Source: an uncultured Collinsella sp. (GTDB lineage: Bacteria; Actinomycetota; Coriobacteriia; Coriobacteriales; Coriobacteriaceae). Taken from it: a stretch of DNA of 64,000 nt. The DNA is taken from NCBI GenBank assembly GCA_902491055.1, contig CABUGI010000003.1:8536-72535 (forward strand), given 5' to 3'. Below, one piece after another: positions 57,870-64,000 of this stretch; the stretch's first letter is position 1; the number at the start of each line of letters is the position of its first letter. A program made the position numbers and the translations under genes. The notes under the pieces are model-generated. The model ran no database searches. It was not told where the DNA came from and saw only the letters and a program-made list of their open reading frames with translations.

Positions 57870-58634
57870 ATGATAGGGATCGGGATCGATATCGGGTCTA
57901 CGGCGGCTAAGGCTGCTGTGGTCGATGGGGAGGGTTCGGTGGCGTGGACGTGCGTGCAGCCAACCGGGTTCTCCTCGGTCGATGCTTCCGAGCGGCTGCG
58001 CGAGGCACTGGCAGCGGCCGGCTATGACGTGACGGGCGACGATGTGCGCGTGATCGCGACCGGCTACGGTCGTGTCGCCGTGCCCTATGCACACAAGGTC
58101 GTGACCGAGATCTCCTGCCACGGCACCGGTGCCGTGTGCCTGTTTGGCGACCACGGCACCGTGATCGACGTGGGCGGTCAGGACACCAAGGTCATTCAGC
58201 TTAAAAGTGGCCGCGTGTCCAAGTTTGCCATGAACGACAAGTGCGCTGCCGGCACGGGGCGCTTTTTGGAGATCATGGCCGATCGCCTGGGCATTTCCCA
58301 GCAGCAGATGGCCGATCTGGCGCGTTCCGGCGAGCCCACCAAGATCAGCAGCATGTGCACGGTGTTTGCCGAAAGCGAGGTCATCAGCCTGATCGGTCGC
58401 GGTGAGCCGCGCGAGAACATTGCGCGTGGCGTGATCGACAGCGTGGTCTCGCGCGTGGCGACCATGGCCGGGCAGGCCGCGGGCGCCCCGTACTACCTGA
58501 CCGGTGGCCTGTGCGAGAACGCCTTCGTGGTGGAGCGGTTGGGCGAGCTGCTGGGGTCGCCGGTGACCACCTCGCCCCAGGCCCGCTTTGCAGGTGCCAT
58601 CGGCGCGGCGATTCGCGCCGCCGCCTTGGCCTAG
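57870..58634 (+). CDS. Acyl-CoA dehydratase activase / BcrA-BcrD-HgdC family ATPase
   Basis: GIDIGSTAAKAAVV, DVGGQDTKVIQL and NDKCAAGTGRFLE (cluster-bridging Cys) motifs. Confidence 0.9.
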   Translation: MIGIGIDIGSTAAKAAVVDGEGSVAWTCVQPTGFSSVDASERLREALAAAGYDVTGDDVRVIATGYGRVAVPYAHKVVTEISCHGTGAVCLFGDHGTVIDVGGQDTKVIQLKSGRVSKFAMNDKCAAGTGRFLEIMADRLGISQQQMADLARSGEPTKISSMCTVFAESEVISLIGRGEPRENIARGVIDSVVSRVATMAGQAAGAPYYLTGGLCENAFVVERLGELLGSPVTTSPQARFAGAIGAAIRAAALA

Positions 58635-58648
58635 GGGCGTACCGCGAC

Positions 58649-59866
58649 ATGCGCATCCTCAATATCTCGGCACAAAAACCAGATAGCACCGGCAGCGGCA
58701 CCTACCTTGCCGCGCTCGTGCGCGAGCAGATTGAGACGGGGCATTGCGCCGCCGTGCTTTGCGGCGCGGCGCCGGGTGATACCCAAGGCGAGCTGGACCG
58801 GCGTGCTGCCGTGTTTGTCGTACCGTTCGAGTCGCCCGAGCTGCCGTTTCCCATCTGCGGTATGTCCGATGTCATGCCCTATCCCTCCACACGCTATCGT
58901 GACCTGACGCCTTCGATGCTCAAGGCATTTGAGCGGGCATTTGCTGCTGCAATCGATCGGGCGGTGGCTGAGCTTCGGCCCGATCTGGTGATCTGCCATC
59001 ACCTGTATCTGGTGACCGCATTGGCGCGCGAGTGCGTCCGGGGCGTGCCGGTTGTTGCCGTGTGCCATTCGACCGACCTGCGCCAGCTGCGTTCGCATGC
59101 GCTCGAGCGCGATCGCATCGTAAGTGCGGTTCGTCGGCTCGATGCCGTCTTTGCGCTCCATGCTGAGCAGGCTGAGCAGATTGGCCTGGTGTGCGGCGTC
59201 GATGCCGATCGCATCCACGTGATTGGGACGGGCTACGACCATCACGTCTTCTGCCGCGACGCAAGCGTGGCGAGACAGCCGGGATCGCTTGTGTACGTGG
59301 GCAAGATTTGCTTTAAAAAGGGCGTCGAGTCGCTGGTTCGAGCCATGTCATTGCCGATTGACGATGGCGTCCGCCCATCTGGCTTGGTACTTGTGGGCGG
59401 CCGCGGGGACGATGCCGAGTACGCGCGTATCGAGCGCTTGGCCGCGGCCTCGGATGTGCCGGTGACGCTGGCGGGCCGCCTGGATAGCGATGGGCTCGTG
59501 CGTGCCTACCGCAGTTCCGACGTCTTTGTGCTGCCTTCGTTTTACGAGGGTCTGCCGCTCGTGACGATCGAGGCCCTCGCGTGCGGCTGCAATGTTGTGG
59601 CGACCGATTTGCCCGGCGTTCGTCCCTGGATGGAGGCGATGCTTCCCGGTGCTCCCGTGACGTGGGTGGCGCCGCCGCGTATGATGGATGTCGACACGCC
59701 CGTGGCGGCCGACCTTCCGTTGTTTGAGCGCGCACTGGCAGACGCTATCGCGCAGGCGCTTGCGGCTCTGCCTTCGACGTTCGAGCCGTCGGCGGTCTCT
59801 TGGGAAGCGTGCCTGGCGCGTATACTTAAAGTCGTTGATTTGTTGGAAGGGGGTTCGTATGGCTAA
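58649..59866 (+). CDS. GT-B fold glycosyltransferase (GT4-like); candidate SenB-like selenosugar synthase (inference)
   Basis: FYEGLPLVTIEALACG (EX7E region). The stop overlaps the selD start by 8 nt. Confidence 0.8.
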   Translation: MRILNISAQKPDSTGSGTYLAALVREQIETGHCAAVLCGAAPGDTQGELDRRAAVFVVPFESPELPFPICGMSDVMPYPSTRYRDLTPSMLKAFERAFAAAIDRAVAELRPDLVICHHLYLVTALARECVRGVPVVAVCHSTDLRQLRSHALERDRIVSAVRRLDAVFALHAEQAEQIGLVCGVDADRIHVIGTGYDHHVFCRDASVARQPGSLVYVGKICFKKGVESLVRAMSLPIDDGVRPSGLVLVGGRGDDAEYARIERLAAASDVPVTLAGRLDSDGLVRAYRSSDVFVLPSFYEGLPLVTIEALACGCNVVATDLPGVRPWMEAMLPGAPVTWVAPPRMMDVDTPVAADLPLFERALADAIAQALAALPSTFEPSAVSWEACLARILKVVDLLEGGSYG

Positions 59867-60908
59867 AGATACCGTGAGGCTCACGTCCATGACGGCCGCG
59901 AGCGGTTGAGCCGCTAAGTTGGCTCCCGGAGCCCTCGCCCAGGTCCTGGGCGACTTGCCCAATGTGCATAACGACAACCTGCTCGTGGGGTTCGATACCT
60001 CCGACGATGCGAGCGTCTTTCGCGTTGGCGATAACTTGGGCCTCGTGCAGTCCATCGACTTCTTCCCGCCGATGGTCGACGACCCGTTTCTGTTTGGCCA
60101 GATCGCCGCGGCCAACTCGCTGTCGGATATCTACGCCATGGGTGGGCGGCCGAGCCATGCCATGAACCTGCTGTGCATTCCCAGTTGCCTGGGCGTTGAG
60201 GTTGCCGGTCAGATTCTGGCGGGCGGCGCCGACAAGTGCGTCGAGGCGAGTTGCTCCATCGCGGGTGGCCACACCATCAACGACGATGAGCCCAAGTACG
60301 GCCTGTCCGTGAGCGGGTTTGTCGCGCTTGACCGTATGCTCGCCAACAGCGGCGCGCGCGTGGGCGATGCGTTGCTGCTGACCAAGGCGATCGGCTCGGG
60401 CATCATCACCACGGCCATTAAGGGCGAGCTCATCGAGCAGGACGAGGCTGGTCCGATGTTCGACTCGATGCGCACCCTCAACGAGGCCCCGATCCGTCTG
60501 GCCGAGGGGCTCGAGCTTCACGGCTGTACCGATATTACGGGCTTTGGCCTGATCGGGCATGCGTGCGAGATGGCCGAGGGCTCGGGCGTGCAAATCGAGC
60601 TCGCGTCGGGGGCGGTGCCGCTCTTTGACCAGGTGCTCGACATGGCGCGTCTGGGCATTATCCCCGCGGGCTCCTACCGCAACCAGGACTTCTTTGGCCC
60701 GCGCGTGGCTGCCGACGATGACCTGGAGCCGGGCATGCTGGATGCGCTGTACGATCCGCAGACCTCGGGCGGCCTACTCATCGCGGCGCCTGCTTCCGAT
60801 GTGGATGAGCTTGCGCGCCGCCTGGATGCCGAGGGGCGCGTTTCCGCCACAATCGGCCGCGTGTGCGAGCCGGTGCCGGGCGGTCCTGCCGTTCGTGTTG
60901 TCCGTTAA
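59859..60908 (+). CDS. selD: Selenide, water dikinase SelD, selenocysteine-containing (in-frame TGA at 59907-59909)
   Basis: From ATG 59859 the frame reads MAKDTVRLTSMTAASG-U-AAKLAPGALAQVL, matching the SelD (C/U)GxK active-site loop. The track ORF starts only at 59919. Confidence 0.9.
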
Positions 60909-60965
60909 CGATACGTTTATTGAACTATGCACCGTTCTAAAACGATTTATTCGAAAGGAAAAACT

Positions 60966-61592
60966 ATGTCTACCAAAATTGAAGTCAATGCCATGGGCGA
61001 TGCCTGCCCGCTGCCCGTCGTCAAGACGCTTAAGGCACTCAAACAGCTTGATGGCGAGGGTGCCGTGGTGACCTCGGTCGATAACGAGACCGCCGTCAAG
61101 AACATCTCCAAGATGGCGCAGGAGAAGGGCTGCACGGCCTCGGTCGAGAAGGTTTCTGACGCCGAGTGGCACGTGACCGTGGCGACCTCTGGCGCCGTTG
61201 CCGTGGCCGATCCTGAGCAGGATGGCGCTGCCTTTTGCGACGCCAGCGCCGGCAAGGGCAAACTCGTCATTTCCGTCTACACCGACTGCATGGGCCGCGG
61301 CGACGACGAGCTGGGCCACAAGCTCATGAAGGCATTCATCTTTGCCGTGACGCAGCAGGAGGAGCTGCCCTCGACCATGCTGTTCTACAACGGCGGCGCC
61401 AAGCTCACCGTCGAGGGCTCGCCGGTGCTCGATGACCTGAAGGGTCTGGCCGAGCAGGGCGTCGAGATTCTTACCTGCGGTACCTGCCTAGACCACTTTG
61501 GCATTAAAGACCAGCTTGCGGTGGGCGAGGTCACCAACATGTACGTGATCGTGGAGAAGATGGAGCAGGCCGTGCGCGTCGTGCGCCCGTAG
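60966..61592 (+). CDS. yedF: YedF-type selenium metabolism protein (TusA-like plus DsrE-like domains)
   Basis: AMGDACPLPVVKT CPxP motif, and a DsrE-like C-terminal half ending TCGTCLDHFG. Confidence 0.85.
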   Translation: MSTKIEVNAMGDACPLPVVKTLKALKQLDGEGAVVTSVDNETAVKNISKMAQEKGCTASVEKVSDAEWHVTVATSGAVAVADPEQDGAAFCDASAGKGKLVISVYTDCMGRGDDELGHKLMKAFIFAVTQQEELPSTMLFYNGGAKLTVEGSPVLDDLKGLAEQGVEILTCGTCLDHFGIKDQLAVGEVTNMYVIVEKMEQAVRVVRP

Positions 61593-61611
61593 CGTATTGG
61601 TTGGAGTTGCC

Positions 61612-61863
61612 ATGAGGGAGAAGCGCCCGGCGCTTGTCATCACGTTTCCCACCACGGCGGCCGCCATGGGTTGCGAGTCCCTGTGCATCGAGCGCGGCCT
61701 TCCCGGGCGCACGATTCCCGTGCCCGGGGAGGTCGCTGCCGGCTGCGGTTTGGCATGGAAGGCGTTGCCTGCCGATGAGGAACTGCTGCGCGGCGAGCTT
61801 GCCGCGGCGGGCGTTCCCACCGAGGGCTATACCGTGATCGATATGTGGGAGGTCGTGCGATGA
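61612..61863 (+). CDS. DUF3343-like small protein (putative Se/S carrier)
   Basis: About 83 aa. Occupies the typical position between yedF and a class-V desulfurase. ALVITFPTTAAAM...GCG pattern. Confidence 0.65.
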   Translation: MREKRPALVITFPTTAAAMGCESLCIERGLPGRTIPVPGEVAAGCGLAWKALPADEELLRGELAAAGVPTEGYTVIDMWEVVR

Positions 61864-62999
61864 TCTACCTGGATAACGCGGCGACGACCATGCACAAGCC
61901 GCAGACGGTCATCGATGCCGTGACGCAGGCGATGTGCTCGCTCGGCAATGCCGGGCGCGGCGCCACGTCGGGTGCCCTCGATGCCGCTCGTACGATTCAC
62001 GCTTGCCGTGCCAAGCTCGCGTGCCTTTTGGGTTGCCCGCGGGCGGACCATGTGTGCTTTACGCCCAACTCTACGGCGGCGCTCAACACCGCCATCAACG
62101 GGGTGGTGTGCCCCGGCGACCGCGTGGTCACGACGGTGCTTGAGCACAACTCGGTGCTACGGCCGCTCAACCGCCTGGCGGCAGAGCAGGGTGTGACCGT
62201 TGAGCATGCGGGCTGCGACGCGAACGGCGTGCTCGACTACGACGAGCTCGAGCAGCTGGTCACGCCGGGCACGCGTGCCGTGGTGGTGACGCACGCCTCC
62301 AATGTGACCGGCAACGCGGTCGACATTGCGCGCGTGGCTGTCATGGCCCATGCGGCCGGCGCGCTCGTGATCATCGATGCCTCGCAGTCTGCCGGCACGG
62401 CGCATATCGATATGAAGGCCATGGGGCTCGACGTGGTGTGCTTTACCGGCCACAAGGGGCTCATGGGTCCGCAGGGGACCGGCGGCCTGGCCGTGGCAGA
62501 GGGCATTGACGTGGCGCCGTGGGCCATGGGCGGCACGGGCGTGCACAGTTTCGATGCGTTGCAGCCGCTTGAGTGGCCCACGCGCCTTGAGGCGGGCACG
62601 CTCAACGGCCACGGTATCGCCGGCCTTTCCGCTGGTCTCGACTTTATCGAGGCCCAGGGTGGGGTGGAGACGATTGCTTCCCACGAGCGTGCGCTCGCTG
62701 ATCGCTTCCTTGCCGGTGTGCGCGAGATTCCGGGGATTAAGCTCTACGGTGCGTTTGACCAACCCGCGCGCTCGGCGATCGTGTCGCTCAACGTGGGCGA
62801 TATCGACTCTGCCGAGATCTCGGACGCGCTCATGCAAGGGTGGGGGATTGCGACGCGCCCCGGTGCCCATTGCGCCCCGCTCATGCACCGTGCGCTGGGG
62901 ACCGAGCGCCAGGGCGTCGTCCGCTTCTCGTTTGGGTATTTCAACACTACCGAAGAAGTCGACACGGCCATCGATGCTCTGTGCGATTTAGCCTGCTAA
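61860..62999 (+). CDS. Class-V aminotransferase: cysteine desulfurase / selenocysteine lyase family
   Basis: MIYLDNAATT start and FTGHKGLMGPQG PLP-lysine motif. ATGA overlap with the upstream gene. Confidence 0.85.
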   Translation: MIYLDNAATTMHKPQTVIDAVTQAMCSLGNAGRGATSGALDAARTIHACRAKLACLLGCPRADHVCFTPNSTAALNTAINGVVCPGDRVVTTVLEHNSVLRPLNRLAAEQGVTVEHAGCDANGVLDYDELEQLVTPGTRAVVVTHASNVTGNAVDIARVAVMAHAAGALVIIDASQSAGTAHIDMKAMGLDVVCFTGHKGLMGPQGTGGLAVAEGIDVAPWAMGGTGVHSFDALQPLEWPTRLEAGTLNGHGIAGLSAGLDFIEAQGGVETIASHERALADRFLAGVREIPGIKLYGAFDQPARSAIVSLNVGDIDSAEISDALMQGWGIATRPGAHCAPLMHRALGTERQGVVRFSFGYFNTTEEVDTAIDALCDLAC

Positions 63000-63021
63000 A
63001 GCTGCTAGACCGTTTATACTT

Positions 63022-63056
63022 GCGGGACGGGTGTTTTTGCCCGTCCCGTTTTTGTT
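63022..63056 (+). terminator. Intrinsic terminator closing the selenium operon
   Basis: GGGACGGG / CCCGTCCC stem followed by GTTTTTGTTT. Confidence 0.65.
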
Positions 63057-63076
63057 TCGACCCGAAAGGTGTGCAT

Positions 63077-64000
63077 ATGGCCTCATCCGCTCCGCGCGGT
63101 TTGCGCTCCGACCATGTCGTCACCGTCGGCATTGCGCTGTTTTCGATGCTCTTTGGCGCCGGTAACCTCATCATTCCGCCGTTGCTGGCACTTCAGGCCG
63201 GCACGGCCACGCCGCTTGCCATGATTGGCTTTTTGATTGCCGCCATCGGCCTGCCCGTCATGGGCTTTATCGCCGTCGCGCTCGCCGGCACGGCCCGCGA
63301 GCTGGCTGGGCGCGTGCATCCTAAGTTTGGCGAATTCTTCGTTGCGGCGGTGTATCTGGCCATCGGCCCGTGCCTGGCCATTCCGCGCACAAGCTCTACG
63401 GCCTTCGAGATGCTGGTGCCGCTACTGCCCGAGGGCGTTTCGCTCGGCACGGCTCGCCTGGTGTTTGCCGTTGGCTTCTTTGTCGTCGCGTTTGCGCTCA
63501 CGCTGCGTCCGGGCGTTATCACGCGCGTGCTCGGGCGCATTACGGGCCCCGCGCTCATTGCGCTCATCGTGCTGGTCGTGGGTGCTGCCGTGATCTCGCC
63601 GCTGGGACCGGCTGCCGCGCCGCAGACTCCCTACAGTGCCGGTGCTACCGTGCAGGGCTTTTTGACCGGTTATCAGACCATGGATCTGCTTGCGTCGCTC
63701 GCCTTCGGCATCATCATCGCCGAGACCATCCACGAGTTGGGTGTTACCGATGACAAGCGCGTGGCCTTTGAGATTTCGCGTTCCGGCGTGATCGCCGGCG
63801 TGCTCATGGCCATCATCTACTGTGGCCTGGCGCTTGCCGGAATGCAACTCGGCGCGGTTATGCCCGATGCCACCAACGGCGCTGCCATCCTCGCTCGTTC
63901 GGCCTCCATGCATTTTGGGCTTGCTGGCACGGTCGTGGTCTTCGCGATCTTTTTCCTCGCCTGCATGAACGTGTGCATCGGTCTTATTAGCTGCTGCTCG
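63077..64000 (+). CDS. brnQ: Branched-chain amino acid transport system II carrier BrnQ (3' partial)
   Basis: My own translation from ATG 63077 gives FSMLFGAGNLIIPP and GYQTMDLLASLAFG. The frame is open to the window edge and is absent from the ORF track. Confidence 0.88.
   Translation, partial: MASSAPRGLRSDHVVTVGIALFSMLFGAGNLIIPPLLALQAGTATPLAMIGFLIAAIGLPVMGFIAVALAGTARELAGRVHPKFGEFFVAAVYLAIGPCLAIPRTSSTAFEMLVPLLPEGVSLGTARLVFAVGFFVVAFALTLRPGVITRVLGRITGPALIALIVLVVGAAVISPLGPAAAPQTPYSAGATVQGFLTGYQTMDLLASLAFGIIIAETIHELGVTDDKRVAFEISRSGVIAGVLMAIIYCGLALAGMQLGAVMPDATNGAAILARSASMHFGLAGTVVVFAIFFLACMNVCIGLISCCS

Overview
GC-rich chromosomal window whose gene order fits an Actinomycetota, possibly Coriobacteriia, genome; this taxonomic call is an inference from synteny and composition. 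Most of it is housekeeping. (1) 1-15.3 kb is a dcw/division cluster (ftsW-murG-murC-murB-ftsQ-ftsZ-pgeF ... yggS-sepF-yggT-divIVA) with a complete pstSCAB-phoU operon inserted in the middle. (2) 15.4-18 kb holds a compositionally odd nitroreductase and a pit/DUF47 phosphate module. (3) 18-31 kb has mixed genes: BI-1, a PARG-like macrodomain protein, SGNH hydrolase, thiC-thiD behind a TPP riboswitch, yaaA, an M18 aminopeptidase, polA and a HAD hydrolase. (4) 31.7-49 kb has argG/argH, ndk, rpiB, a cysteine-desulfidase-like protein, rpsA, RNase P RNA, yigZ, metY, an MFS pump, xpt, arfB, a lipid kinase and a ClC channel. (5) 49.2-63 kb is one co-directional block. It runs moeA-mog-modABC, then two paralogous double-cubane/2-hydroxyacyl-CoA-dehydratase-type proteins with their ATPase activase, then a GT4 glycosyltransferase that overlaps a selenocysteine-containing selD, then yedF, DUF3343 and a class-V cysteine desulfurase; brnQ follows. 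The best candidate for an undescribed system is the reductase/activase + glycosyltransferase + SelD/YedF/DUF3343/desulfurase operon, which may be an organoselenium (selenosugar-type) pathway. The intergenic DNA also carries several families of long, stop-codon-proximal hairpin repeats with compensatory stem changes, and a ~100-nt repeat placed after each reductase paralog. Many long ORFs antisense to real genes are GC-driven artefacts and were rejected.
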